Positions 30,680 to 44,939 of a DNA stretch of 64,000 bases are shown here, piece after piece. The stretch comes from Eledone cirrhosa. Its lineage: Eukaryota. The position numbers and the translations under genes were made by a program. Every line of letters starts with the position of its first letter. Within the stretch, counting starts at the first letter, position 1. Location: assembly GCA_964016885.1 (NCBI GenBank), contig OZ024741.1, positions 237,584,001-237,648,000 of the forward strand, in the 5' to 3' direction. Under the pieces are notes generated by a model. The model made no database searches. It had not been told where the DNA came from and was given only the letters and a program-made list of their open reading frames with translations.

Positions 30680-33455
30680 CTGAGGCTAGAGGAAAAGTGA
30701 CTTGGTTGGAGAATAGTACTGTAGCTTGAGCCATCAAAGCTATGAAATAAGCACGGAAATACTGAAAAATTGAGAGTAGTAAAGAGCAATATCAAGTATC
30801 TAACAGAAGCTAGACAAGTTTACATAGCACACAGAGAAGCAGAAAGCAAGCAGTTTGCCAATGTGCGATAAAGTGAGAATCAAAGGCACGAGGTATTACA
30901 CATTGCAAAGCATTTGTCAGTGTGGATCAGGATGTCATTGGGATGAAGTGTGTTCAAAATGACTGATGTAATGAGCCTCACTGATACTCAGAAGAAAGAG
31001 GTCTGAAAATGCGACTGAGAAGTTAAGGAATGCAGAGGATGAGTGAAAGGAGAGACTACTCCCAATAGAGGAACTAGCAATCGGAGTTGGCAGTTATAGG
31101 ATCAAAGAAGCAACCAGGGATATAAACATTGGTAAAGCTGCTGGAGCATCAGAGATAGTCACGGAATTGCTGAAATTATCAGGTGAAGTAGTAGACGAGC
31201 TAGTCACCCTCATAGTCAACCAGGTAATATATGATGGCGTCATATTCAATGACTGGTTTAGTTAGTAGGAAAGAAAATAAGACTGATTCTATCATGAAAC
31301 AGTTGCATGGGAATAATGTTTAATGCAAAGAAAAAACATCTTTTTTAATACAAAAACATAAATATTTATGACAGCTTCAAAACAAAGTTGTCTTCCGATT
31401 AGATAAGAATCATGTTAAATGTTCTATACATTTTGGGATGAAACCATTTGATATTTGGTATTTAAAATGGGCCTTCTTAATAAAATTAGATGCAGTGTGT
31501 AAAATTGCACTGGTATGGACATGTGATACACATGGATGATGAATTCTGGGTGAAGAAGTGCTAAAAGACGCCAGTAGAGGATGATTGAGGAAAAGTTGGG
31601 TAAATGTGATTACAGTTGATCTCAAAACTCTAAACCTCACAGGAAATGATGAAGAAATACAACTTTGGATTCAGAGTATGCTGCAAAGGATCTGTCCTAC
31701 CCATGCAAGCATGGAAAAGCGGATGTAAGATGATGATGATGATAGCACTGGAACAACGTATCCCCAGCAGTCAACTGATGAGAGGGGACTGTCCTGTCTT
31801 TCGTCTGCTTTTCCATTGTCTTCAGCCACCTTTTTTTTTTATTGGTTTTGTATGATTTTAACCACACGGGATTCATTTTCAAATATATATAATGAAAATA
31901 TCAGTATATAATAAATATATATTGACTTGCTGACAAATAACCCCTAAATGTAAAGGCACTAAAATTTCCAAAACAGGGAACTCACAAGATATTATTGGTA
32001 CAACAATTTCTAGACAACCACTCTCTCTGGTTCTGAACAAATGTGATAACTTCCACAATTAAATGGATAATTAGCAGCCAAGATAAGAACTTTCATCACT
32101 GAACCAATCTTAATCAATCAAGGATTAGATTAATCAATTAAATAATTAACCAAATATACAAGACATCAACTGTCCATGAATAAGTGTGTGACAGGACCCA
32201 AACGTGTTGAATGTCAGGCAACCTGCCATGGATTGCTTCAGTCTTGGATAGTCAAAGGCAGTGGGGAATGCTAAATATAGCTCCATACCAGCTGTGAAAC
32301 ACTATAGAAACACTGCAAGGCAAGAGTTGGCAGGGACTACAGAGATGAATTTAAACCGGCCATAATTCTCTCACCTCTTTCTGTTCAAACTGGGCATAAC
32401 CAGCTGCTCATACTTAAGTTAAGGCAATGTTCTCAAAATAAATAATATCCGAATAATAGATACTATATTATGTGAAATAAAGTGTTTACTGTGAAAATAC
32501 AATTGTAAATATAGAGTAATGTAAATGCTAAAGGGTTAAAGAGCAGGTAACCTAAGCTCATTTCTGTTTATCATTGTCCTTCAAGTCTTTATGTCAGAGT
32601 TAAAATGGGCACACAATGGAAACTCCTGTATGTTGTTGATCTAATCTTTATAGCTAAATCTTCAGTTAGAGGCAAAATTCCAGGCATGGAAGAAAAAATA
32701 GTATCAAAAGGCCTAAAGGTTAACTTATCAAGTAGGAAACAGTTCAGGAAGCTGATACCATCAGGGAAGTGCCTTTGCTCAATGTATCAAAAAGGGGTGG
32801 GCAGGTACTCCATAATGTGCACACAGTGTAATCTATTGATGCACAAGAGATGTAGTTGGATTTCAGGTAGGTAGACTTTATATGCAGCAGAGGCACAGGA
32901 GAAGTAAGCATTGATTCCCTCAGTTGAAAAGTAAGTTCCTAAAAAGTATTGTTACCTAGGGAACCTAATCAACAGTGAGGGAGGAATCTCTAAAAATGTG
33001 ACAGTCAGGGTAAGAACAGGCTAGAAGTTTAGGAGTTGGTACCTCTCCTGACAAGAAAGGGCTCTCACAGAGTACAGGTTAAACTGTATGATGCCTGGGT
33101 GTGAACTGCAATGATACATGGCAGTGAGACAAGGGGCTTAACTTCAGAAAACCTGTTAGTGCATATCAAAGACATAGCATAAGTGAGCTGAAAGGAAAAC
33201 TTGGCATAAGAAGAATCTGATGAAGTGTGCAAGAGAGAGGATGGCATTGGTATGATCATGTGATGTGTAAAGAAGATAGCAGCTATATAAAGAAATGCAG
33301 AGAAAACTCAGTGGAAGGAACTCATGTAAGAGACAAACCCAGGAAGACATGGGATAAGGTAGTGAGGGATGACCTTAAGAAGCTAAACCTCACAACAGAG
33401 ATGATATAGGGCCACGAGGACTGGTGCCGCTGCTGTGCTGGTGAAAACCCATCTA
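30680..33455 (+). mobile_element. Old fragmented RTE family A-like LINE (pieces at about 30700-31260, 31470-31745, 32550-33455)
   Basis: GKAAGASEIVTELLK near 31130; WKLLYVVDLIFIA, SGKCLCSMYQKGVGRYSIMCTQCNLLMHKRC and WYDHVM..KPRKTWD in the later piece. Many stops and frameshifts. Confidence 0.8.
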
Positions 33456-34321
33456 CCAACCTAGAACTTGATATGACTTCACTCATCCTTGTATTACTCC
33501 TCACTCCACTATTACCCTTAGTAGCTATCACTGCCCTTCCACCCCTTCATGCCCTGCACATACACAAACCTCCAGTACCACTGGTAGCATCTATTCTCAA
33601 TATTATTGCACACCCCAACACCTCCTAATCTTAACAACCATCCACACACTATCCAGGATCAGTGCCCACTCATCCTCACCTTCTGTTCTAGACAACTCCT
33701 CTTTAACCCTGACACACCAGTCATCGCCCCTACCCCACTCCCTGTTATCACCAAAGTATCTTCCACACTGCTGAAGGTTTCCCCCATCCATCACCCCTCA
33801 TCCTGTCAAATACTTCCACATTTGACAACAGCCTCACCTTCCCAAATCGTAGAAGGCTCTTCAGTTGAGTAAATGACAACAATCTCCCTAGTGTCAGTGC
33901 CATGGTAAATGCACCTACTACACCCTGTAAGGTGGTTGGTGGCAGGAAGAGCACCCCACTGTAGAAACCATGCCAATAAGTGATAAGAGGACTCTTAAGT
34001 TGTGCCAGGAGTGTTGGCGATCTACATAAATGCACCCAGTACACTCCAGTAAACTGGTTGGTGATAGGAAAGGTATCCAGCTGTAGAAAACCTGCCAAAC
34101 AAAATATTGGGAAAATTCTTCCACTATGTCAAAGACATGATAACTTTCCTTGTGTTGGTGCCATGGTAAAATCCACACAAGAGAGCATGGGATCAGATGT
34201 CAGGCCTCTGGCCTACCTGGAGGCTCTGCTTAAGCATTTGCCAGTCTGTGGCAACATCCAGCCCTTGCTAGCAGGGGAAACAGACATTAAACAGTGATGA
34301 TGATGATATATACATATATAT

Positions 34322-35760
34322 AATCATCATTTTTATGTCCATTTTTCCACGCTCACATGGGTTTGATGGGTCCTTTTCAGCACAACTTCTCTCTACTCAC
34401 GTTCCTTTGTCATTTCTTCTGTGAGTTTCAGTAATTTGAGATCAACTTGCACCACCACTACCCAAGTCTTCCTTGGTCGACCTCTACTGCAGCTTCTTTC
34501 CACCGAGATTTCCTGGCACTTCTTCACCCAGCGATCATCATCCATGCGCATCACATGTCCATACCAACTGCACACCACTTTGGATTCCTCTTAAACCTAG
34601 TTTCTTTCTCAGTTCATCCAAGCTCTGCCTTTCTCTCACATTTACATTACACTGGCCATGTTTCACTACCATGTATCACACTTCGTACACAAATGTCATA
34701 CGGCCATCCTTTTGTACATAGAAGAAACTTTTGTTGTCAACAGTGGGAATAGCTCTCTAAACTTCTTCCATCCTATCCTTATTCTAGCTATTATGCTCTC
34801 AGACCATCCTCCTCTGCTGCTAATTAGGCCACCTATATAGCAGAAGCTATCAACTACTTCTATCCATTCTTCGTGTGATTGGAAAAGGCCTTCTTCCTAT
34901 CGATTACTCCTGTGCATCTTCTACATATAAAGTCTTCTCTTCCTCTTAGTCTACCCTGCTATCCCATTACACCTCTTGTGTATCCAAGAATTACATTGTG
35001 TACATCCTAGAGAGTTTATGCCTACTACTTTCTTACATATTAAGCCACTTTCATTTGGGAGTGACTCCATCCTGTATTACCTGATTGATTATGTGGGTTG
35101 CTAGTTTGACTTCTACTTCTCCCTATGCTTTTACTATCTTGACAACTATCTCTGACGGTCTTACAGCTTTACCATTTTTCATCTCCTTGACTGTTTCTTT
35201 GACCTTATAACTGTCAATTTCAATAACTGGTCCTTCTGTTGGGTAAGTTGGGGGTAATCTCTCTTCCTCCCATTCAGCAGCCACTCAAAGTAACATTTCC
35301 AGGTTTCTTTCTTTTGAGCATCAGTGGTACTAAGTGCGCCAGTGTCATTTCTAACACACTATTCCCCAACAAGATCCTGATTCACACTGACACACTGCCT
35401 TGGAATGCGGAACACTTCATATCTCTGATCCACATCTCACAAAACATTGGCCCCTCTCTAAGTTGTGTATACCTATCGTCTAGTTTCTCTCTTAGGTACC
35501 TAGTACCGGACTCTGATACCCCCATTTTCCAGTCTTTCCACCCCTGTTTCTTTTTATCTGTTTGGCGCTTTTCTCATCAGTAGTTCACAAAATGTTGTCA
35601 TGTAAAAATGTCCAATTGTCCTCTATGCCATATGTATATCTAATCTGTTTCCCCTCTCATCAAATGCATCCCATAGAGCCCTTCTAAACCTATATTTAAC
35701 AGAAAGGTCTGTTAACTTCCAAACCCACTAGCTCCATATTTTCCTGTGTATCTTGTTCTG
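34322..35760 (-). mobile_element. Old RTE family A-like LINE fragment
   Basis: WYGHVMRMDDDRWVKKC..GRPRKTW, remnants of GWKKFRELFPLL and of the Cys/His module, and a (CAT)n-type tail near 34325. Left end is clear; right end is approximate. Confidence 0.78.
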
Positions 35761-35817
35761 TCTTGTGTTTATTCTGATAATATTAATATGATATTATTAA
35801 TATTAATATATTATTAA

Positions 35818-38350
35818 TGGTGGATTGGCAGTATTGGTAGAGGGTCGGACGCCATGCTTTGACACATAGTTACGGCCCTTGCCATTCTGAGTTCAAATCC
35901 TGCCGAGGTTAACTTTGCCTTTCATCCTTACGGGGTCAATAAAATAAATTACCAGTTATATACTGAGTAATTGCTGGCCTTGTGCCAAAAGTAGAAACAA
36001 TTATTAATATTTTCATATTATTAATATGAACTTGTGTTGGGTGGCATAAAGCCTTAGCATTTATTACAGTCTGTCTATCTTATTGTCTTAGAAGTAAGAA
36101 ATCAATTTGGCTCATGTGTTCACCTGATTAGTATGTAATCAGATGGCTAGCCAGTTTCTTGAACTTTGTGTTGTGAATGCTTAGTTCATTTGCATCACGT
36201 GTAAAATAAACAAAATGTCAAATTTCTTCATCTTGGATTTCTGTCTATTATTATACCCCGCCGAGGTTGACTTTGCCTTTCATCCTTACGGGGTCGATAA
36301 AATAAAGTACCAGTAATGCACTGTATAATTGCTGGCCTTGTGCCTAAAGTAGAAACAATTATTATACATATAAGCTCTGACGCATAGAGTTACGGCCCTT
36401 GCCATTCTGAGTTCAAATCTCGCCGAGGTTAACTTTGCCTTTCATCCTTACGGGGTCGATAAAATAAAGTACCAGTAATACACTGGTTCATTGCTGGCCT
36501 TATGCCAAAAGTAGAAACAATTATACATATAAGCTCGGTCTTCTGTCAAATGTACAAGCAATTATTAAACACAGTCACGCTACACATATTTTGGTCCTAA
36601 ATATATATATTGTCCAAATATATTTATCTTAAACGATTGTAACAATATCAACATAATTCAGCAGCATTTAGTGGTATAAGGAAAGATAACTCTTGCAAAA
36701 AAGATAGCGAGTAGTTATTTCCCCTATAAAAGTCAGCTCTCGCTTTGCAGGTCGCCAATGGAATGAACCACTATATGGTCGTTCTAAGGACTGGCAATAG
36801 CAGCCTGGATTGGCAGTATCGAACGCCATGCTTTCCAGCATAGTTACGTCCCTTTACGATCTGAGTTCAAATCCCGCCGAGGTTGACTTTGCCTTTCATC
36901 CTTACGGGGTTGATAAAATAAAGTACCAGTAATGCACTGGGTATTGCTGGCCTTGTGCCTAAAGTAGAAACAATTATTTCATGAAATCACTCGCTGGAAA
37001 AACAAAGTTCACAAAATATCCTAAATACAATATGTCTGAATAAAAATGGGATTTGTAGATCTTCGACTGGATCAGCATTGTCCTATTAAATGATCTTTAT
37101 TTATTTATCTATCAGACTGTCTAGTGATAGTAGTGTTCACATACTAATACTACTTCTGTTGTTAGCAGTAGTAGATGCAGAACTGTGGTAACAGTAGCTG
37201 AAGTAACTACTACTACTGCTGGACGTTTTTGAAAACTAGCATTCAAAGCAATTAGATTATGTTCATTAAGGAAACTTTGAAGTAGAAATGGAACAAACTA
37301 CCTGCATTGGTTGTTAGCTGTCGGGACACTGCATCCCTCAACACCTCCATGCTTCCTGAAATTCGCCAACACTACACCTGATATTTCTCCTCTACACACA
37401 CACACCCACATGTATCTGTGTAGATCATGACTCATACACTGTTCACTTTCCTGACATTTGTACATTATTCTATATACTATACATGCACCTTTGGTGAGTT
37501 GTAGTGTGCCTGAACACTGTACACAATAATTTCATTATTATTATTATTACTAGTAGTAGGGCGGTGGATTGGCAGTATTGATAGAAGGTCGGACACCATG
37601 CTTTGCAGCATAGATTTATAGCCCTTTATGATCTGAGTTCAAACCTCGCCGAGGTTCTCTTTGCCTTTCATCCTTACGGGGTCAATAAAATAAAGTACTA
37701 GTTACGCACTGAGGTCAATTTAATCGACTTTCCCCACCCCCAAAATTGCTGGCCTTGTGCCTATGTAAAAAACCATTATTATTAGTTCAAAACGAAACAT
37801 CCCCAAAATGTTATTAAAAGGTATACTTTGTGTTCTAACTGTCATTGTAACATATATAATATATCTAATGAACACACTTCCCCAAATGTAAATATTGTTT
37901 ATATTTGTTGAAGTCTGCTTATTACATATATAGAAAATTTTCAAAAATAGTTAGAGCATATGATACATATCTAGTTTTTCAAACCCACTGCTTATCACAT
38001 TAATAATTAATTACTTATTTTCCATTATTATTGGCGGTGGATTGGCAGTATCGGTAGAGGGTCGGACGCCATGCTTTCCAGCATAATTACGTCCCTTTAC
38101 GATCTGAGTTCAAATCCCGCCGAGGTTGACTTTGCCTTTCATCCTTACAGGGTCGATAAAATAAAGTACCAGTAATGCACTGGATAATTGCTGGCCTTGT
38201 GCCTAAAGTAGAAACAATTATTAGTTCAAATCCAAACGATGTCAACTTTGGTTTTTCATCCTTTCAAGTACTGGGGTTGATTTAATCAACTTTACCCTTC
38301 CCCAATTTGCTGGCCTTGTGCCAAAAATAGAAATCTTTATTATTATTATT
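35818..38350 (+). mobile_element. Cluster of seven co-oriented SINE family B copies (about 35818-36005, 36256-36365, 36378-36522, 36806-36977, 37560-37782, 38033-38222, 38223-38350)
   Basis: Each carries the core CCGAGGTT(G/A)ACTTTGCCTTTCATCCTTAC(G/A)GGGT..ATAAAATAAAGTAC or a degenerate version, and the GCTGGCCTTGTGCC end. Confidence 0.9.
37288..37549 (+). mobile_element. CR1 LINE 3' fragment
   Basis: TGGAACAAACTACCTGCAT...ACAATAATTTC(ATT)n matches the reverse complement of 21558-21780. Confidence 0.82.
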
Positions 38351-38614
38351 TAAAATATTCATACCAACAGTAATAGAATGTCTTACAGGAGCAATAAACG
38401 TTACATTTAGTGCAACAAAGACATTAATTTTGAAATAATTTGACATTAAGTTGGATGGAATATGAAGAAAATTTTAATTATTTAAATGAAAGAAATGAAA
38501 CGAAATTTCATTTCTCACTCTTAGTACGGCTGTTACTTAAATATAAGTATGCATACATACTTATATTTAATTATTTACATGTTTGTATAGTTGTAAGAAT
38601 AGAGAAATTTTACA

Positions 38615-39160
38615 TTGAAGAGGTTCAAAGTGAATTAAGTGCAATAATTGCAGGAACTGGTGCAGTAATGTGCCAGTTTCAGCATTCGGTCATTAAAAGG
38701 GTGCTAGATATAAAAGCCAAACTTGCTATCTTCAATTCTGTATCCATGCCAAACCTTACCTACAGTCACGAATCTTGGGTAATAACCAAAAGAATACAAT
38801 TGTGAATACAAACAGCTGAAATGAGGTTCCCCTGAAGGGTCTTTGGCGTAACATTACTTGATAGTGTGTAGCTTAGAAATCAGAGAGTTGCTACTTCTTT
38901 GAATTGAAAGATCACAGCTCTGATGTTACATATACATGGTTAGAATGTCTGAGTAAAAAACCACTGGACAGGTTTTCAGGCAAAACCAATAGGTTGGAGA
39001 CCCAAGGGTAGACTCTGAGCAAGATGGTTGGATAACATCCATGAGCTCAGCTGGTTTGCTTGAGGATCCAATCAGATTAATTGGAGATGATTAGTTCTGA
39101 CAGGATCTGTTGGAAGGCATGCTTGTGAACTGATGACTTTCCAGTTGGCGGAAAAGAAGA
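38615..39160 (+). mobile_element. RTE family B 3' fragment, degenerate
   Basis: Aligns with about 62030-62500 (GGAACTGGTGCAGTAATG, CAGGCAAAACCAA, GCAAGATGGTTG.ATAACATCCATGAGCT). Confidence 0.8.
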
Positions 39161-40980
39161 GGTTCAAAATAATCTATTTTAGCAAATGTACTCCTTACTC
39201 CTACCCACATATTTAACTCACTTTCCTTGTCCAACTCATGTCAGCTTAGAAAGCCTAGCACACCTCACATTATACTGCCAGATGTAATTCACTCTTTTCA
39301 GGACGACTTTCATGACCTGATGCTTCCTCTCTCACAGTAGTATGTCTTCCCACTTTCATCAATGCCTTAGTCTGAACTGTAAGGTGGTAGTGCCGGAGTC
39401 ACGATAAAATGCTCCCAGTATAAAGAGTAAAGTGGTTGGCCACAGAAACAGAGCATATGAGCAAAATATATGACAGCCTGTTTAAGCCATGTGAGAATGG
39501 AAAATTGATGTTAAACAGTAACAATGATGAGGATGATTATGTAGCATCAATTAGTGACATATCTGAACAAGCCCAAAACTGTTGACAGTCCCTTCGGTTA
39601 CAGCAGAACATGTTCTTTATTGCTGGTGCCATGAAAAATGCACCTAGTACACCCAGGAATTGCATCCAGCTGTAGAAACTGTACCAAAAAAGTGCATTAT
39701 GTAAAATGGTTGGAGATTGGAAGATGTTGTAGAAAACTTGCCAAACCAATGGACCAGAGGACTCTTCATGACAATCTGTTCACAAAGTAAAGATACTATA
39801 AACATTTGAATAAACAAAAGCATTTTTATACATTTTCTGTATAATCATTAAAGGGTATTAACAGCATATAAGAGCAGCTAGTCTTAAACATCTCTATTAT
39901 GGCCAAAAGTATTATCCTGAATATATAATATATGCAAACAAAAGATCAGACTGTCTATTCTCAAAACCTGTAAATTAACTTGAGAAATGAATACTTGATT
40001 TCTTAAAATTCACTTATCTGTGACTCGCTCCATTTTGATATATCAAAAACCTTCTGTAATCCAAGTACTCACATTTGCAAATCATTCAGGTTTTTCTTTT
40101 ACTTTGCAATTGTATTTCTATTTAAAGTCACATTTCTTCAATTTTTTGTAATTTAAAATTGCTTTTTTTTTTATTGATGACATTTTCAACAATAATTCCA
40201 CAGAAAAGATGTCCCATACTTGCAACGCTATCTACTGCCAGACAAATGTACTCTGATGGCAACAGAAATACATGAGCAGTGACAGCAAAGATTGCAAACT
40301 AATGCTGTCCAGAATACATCTTACAGAAGATTTGAGTTTAACAGCAAATGTAAGGTTCAGCTTAAATGCTTTGAGAACAATTCTGGTCCATTTATGGCTA
40401 CCATTCAGCCTGGGTAACACCAAGTATTCTGCAAATTATATATATATATATATATGTAAAGTCCTAGTATTGGTGTCATGATAAAAAATACTCAGTACAC
40501 TCTGTAAATTGGTAGCCCTCTTGACTTCATCCAGGATGCTAGAGGATAGAAATACATTGAGACAGAGAGAGAAATAGAAAGTTGAAGAGAGTTTGAAGGA
40601 GAAAGATGACTTTTCTATTTTAGAACAAAAAAGTTCTATTTTGTTCTATTTCTGATATTTCATTCCTTCTTAATTGTTTCACTCCATTAGAACTTTCAGT
40701 CTTTCTAAATTCCTTTCCTTTAAAACTGACCGTTTTAGGGGCAGCTGGGAGCCATTTTTTGTTTACATTATCATTACTCAGGTCAATTCAGTAGTCTTCA
40801 GTCAACATAACTCTATCAGAAAATTGGCTTCATGCCTAGTAAGATTTTATTATTGTGAGATTGGTGTTGTTGAAATGGAACCTGAAGGAGAATCTGAATA
40901 AATTCTTTATATTATTTAGTTAACTCTCTCATTTCTACAATAATTTCCCGTTAGAGGGTATTTTTATCATCATCATCATT

Positions 40981-41088
40981 CGCCGAGGTTAACTTTGCCT
41001 TTCATCCTTACAGAGTCGATAAAATAAAATACCAGTAATGTACTGGGTAATTTGATGGCCTTGTGCCAAAAGTAGAAACAATTATTAT
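40981..41088 (+). mobile_element. SINE family B 3' half
   Basis: CGCCGAGGTTAACTTTGCCTTTCATCCTTAC...GTAGAAACAATTATTAT. Confidence 0.85.
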
Positions 41089-41854
41089 TTTCCTGTGAAA
41101 ATATTATCTCTTAATATTTAGAGTCTGTGGTGTATTTTTTTTTTTTTGGTCTTGGTCTTTGCTAATAATTATTTTCCTTTTGCTTCTGATGTAAGTCATT
41201 TCCTAGAAAGCGAGGGGAAGACACATTGGATGGCACCCTACCATTCAATGGTGCACTCAGATTTAGTAAATAATGTTTATTAAAAACTTTGCTAAATATA
41301 TTGCTTAGAAGGCTTGAATTTACTAAATTTTAATCACAAAGAAAATTCTGTGACTGTATAGAGATGGGAATAAAGTAGAGGAGGGAGAGGAAGAAAACCA
41401 AGGCTAATGATGACGGAAGAGTAGAAAATGAAAGCTAGAGGGCTGGTGAGGAAGGAATGTAGGTAATAGGGCAAAATAGAGAAGCTTGCCATGGGTTCCC
41501 ACAAGGCTAATCCTTGCTTTAGCAGGGAAAATTACCTTAAAATGCTTGTTATATATGTATGTATATATATAACAAGTAGAAAGTAACTATATGGTTGTCA
41601 ATTTATTGTTGGATTGGCAGAGATCGTTGAGTGTTGGAAAAAATTCCCCGTGATATTTTTCAGGCTCTTTACAGGAAAGAAATAAGTAGAAATTTCATTC
41701 TGTTTCAGATGTAAACTATGGGTAAACAAGAGATGAAGTGGGATCTCTGGGAATTTAGTAAAGAATATAGGCTTTGTTTATGGCCAATACACAGAGTTCA
41801 CAGGAAAAAAGCTTCATCAAATGCTCAGAGGGGTCCGTAGCTTATATCACCTAG

Positions 41855-42540
41855 GTGAGTGGCTTTGTGGTTAGGCGTATTCGGCTCATGATTGTAGCAT
41901 CATGAGTTCCAATTCTTGGCAGTGCATTGTGTTTTTGAGCAAGACACTTTATTCATGTTGCTCCAGTCCTTTCAGCTGGTAAAAATGAGTTCTACTTGTA
42001 ATTTGTGTCTGTTGAATGCTGTCACATGCACATTAATTTCACAAGCAGGCTGTTCTGTTAATCATATCAACTGGACATTCATCATTGTAACCGACAAATG
42101 CCAGTTATACCTAGGTGACCAAATTAGCAGTGGAGGTGGATGTTTTGAAAGCACAGTAGCCAGAGTGAAAAAGTTCAGGGAACTACCACTGATAGCTACA
42201 AAGGATTTCTCCTCAAAGTGAAAGGTACATTGTAAAATTCTTGTGTGCAAAAGCAATTCTACATGGAAGTGAGATTTGGGCTTTGTGTGCAGAGGGCCTA
42301 TGAAGATTGGAAAGAAATGAGGCATATGTATAATAGTAGTATACATGAATGATGAAGCATGAGTAGGCTGAGAGAGAAACTGGACAGAAGAGGGATCAGA
42401 TGCAGTGTGCCAAAAAAGAGTGTGGTGGTAACGCATATGAAAATTAACAACCACATAAAGAAGTTGATAGAAACTATGGAAGTGGAAGACTTAGGAAAGT
42501 ATGGCATGATGTGGTAAAAGCTGACCTCACCAAGGAGAGG
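41855..42540 (+). mobile_element. Degenerate CORE-type SINE (about 41855-42100) followed by an RTE family A fragment (about 42105-42540)
   Basis: TGGCTTTGTGGTTAG, GAGTTCCAATTC and TTGAGCAAGACACTTTATT, then YLGDQISSGGGCFESTVARV..KKFREL. Confidence 0.7.
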
Positions 42541-43551
42541 ATGTTGAATCAAGTTGACTAACAGCATACCATACTACAGAGGGCCCACCTTCTCAGGTGT
42601 AAAGAATGTAATAGGCATGGAGAGGATGTTAGTGAAGAAATGGAGAAGTGGGATGACACTTAGATCCCTGTCAGTTTACACCACTCGGCCTTGTGTACCT
42701 AGCCCCCTTAATACTCCCCTTCCTAAGTACTCTACCTTAGTTCTCCATCAAGCTCATCCACTCCCTTCTTAGTCCAGCCCACCCACAGAAACACACACCT
42801 CCCTTTTAGATCCAACCTATATCAACATGGAAAACTGGGCATACCTCTCCTCGTACCATGATAAAATGCTCAGATGGTGTTGGGAATGGTATCCAACCAT
42901 GGAAGCCATGTCCAGCTTAGTCTCAGAGCATGACAGGCCATCAGGCATAGAAAGTAGAGGTTTAATGATGATGATGTGCAACCACCTCCTCTTATCACAT
43001 CTTTCCTGTCCAACCCATGTGTGTATGGAAAGCTGGGCATATTCCACAACATACTGCTGCCAAGCATAACTCACTCTCTTCAGGCCATCCCCATGACACG
43101 TTGAATGCTCTCCCACTGTGGGAAGTGCCCCTCTAGCAACCAACTTGTAGCTTGATGCTTACTCTCTCATCTTACTCGTTACTCCTTCCCCAGCAGGGTC
43201 AAGGACCTAAGTATCCAAATGTCATAATGAGGTAGCACTGGGGGCATGATAAAACACCCAGTTCACCCTGTAAAGTAATAGTGCTAGTGCCACAAGAAAA
43301 AATACCTGTTCTACTCTGTAATGCTAGAACCACAAGAAAAAAAATCCAGTCCACCCTGTGAGGTAGTCGTACTGGTGCTATGAAAAAAACCACCCAGTCT
43401 TTTCTATAAAGTGGTATTGTGATGTCATGATAAAAAGAACCCAGTCCACTGTGGTTGTGCAGGAGCCATGAAAAAAATCTCAGTAAACACTATAATGTGG
43501 TTAATATTAGGAAGGGCATGCAAGCACAGAAAACCAAGCTGAAATTAAATA

Positions 43552-43720
43552 CAGTGAAATTCCGATATAACAAAATTCATGGGGTATAAAAAAAATTTGT
43601 TGCAATGAAAAATTCTTTATAACGAGATCGACCAAATCAAATTGAGCATTTGTTCGTTATTACCTTGGGGATTCAAAAAATGTTGTTATAATGGTATTCA
43701 TTATAACAGAAATTTACCTG
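43552..43720. mobile_element. Tigger/pogo-like MITE with TA target duplication
   Basis: TA|CAGTGAAATTCCGATATAAC...TTATAACAGAAATTTACCTG|TA, with internal TATAAC/GTTATA subrepeats. Confidence 0.6.
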
Positions 43721-44939
43721 TAATATGAGCAAGATGTGGTCACCTAACCTGCCTGGACACATATTGTAACAACCTGTCTAGCCTACGAAAGAATTGAAAA
43801 TAGATGTAATAATAGTGATGATGATGATGATATATATATATACACTCGGCCAGTTGGTGAGTAATACTAATTATTACAAGTGGTACCTGTTTCAACACTC
43901 AATACTTTTATGTGAATTAGATATTCAGTGTTTAAAAGTTTTGATTAACATTGACATCTGTTTGTTATTCATGTAATACGAAGTTTCAGTATAACATATT
44001 TTATTCATATTCTCATTTAACATGTGTTTCACACAGGATCAGCTTGAAGCCTTAATTGGCAACAATCAACTCAACTCTAGGATCAAATATGCTCAAATAT
44101 ATATATCATCATCATCATCATTAATGTTTTACGTCTATTTTCTAGGCTTGCATGGGTTAGACAGGTTGTCATGCTCAGAGTCTAGACAGTTAGGTCAGAT
44201 GACAGTCTTACTCATACATTTCATTTTGGCAGTTTCTACAGGTCGAGGCTCTTCCTAAACCCAACCACTTCATGGCATGTACCAGGTTTATTTTGTTGTG
44301 GTACCACCACTACCACCTGACAAGGCAGACTGGGTATACTTTTCAGTGTGAGTGCATTTTCTTGTGGTACCAGTACTACCACATTTAACACTAGGTTGCT
44401 TTGATGCTTGGCTAGGATGAGAGGGCAGTGAGAGCAGGGATTGGGCTGCCTGTTACTCGAGGGAGGAGTGGGGTGGCCTTAGGGTGAATAAGTGACGTCT
44501 GGCAGTATTGTGAGTGAGCACAGCTTTCTATGCTGGTATGATTGGGCATAGAGTTTGGTGGTGCTGGTTGTGAGGGGATGAAGGAAAGGGGAGTGTTAGA
44601 CTGCAGGGTGGGTTGGATGAGAAAGATAGAAATGAGCAAGCAGTGTCTGGCAGTACAGTGAAGGTGCATCTGCCTTTGTGTCAGGGTTTTGTGTTGGAGA
44701 TCAAGTGTGCAAAGGGGGAAGACTAGATAAAGGGAATAGCTAGTGAGGAAGGGGCAATCTAAGTGTTGTCACATCTTTTTGCCATCCTCATGGAGTTGGG
44801 AATATGGATGGAGGGGAGACTAGTGGTTGGGGAAATCAAGTAAGGGGGATACAGTAAAAGAGCAGTCTAAATGTTGTTACATTTTTCTGCCTTTCATCCC
44901 ACTTGTGTAGAAATATGAGCCTTCTGTGGTATAGCATAT

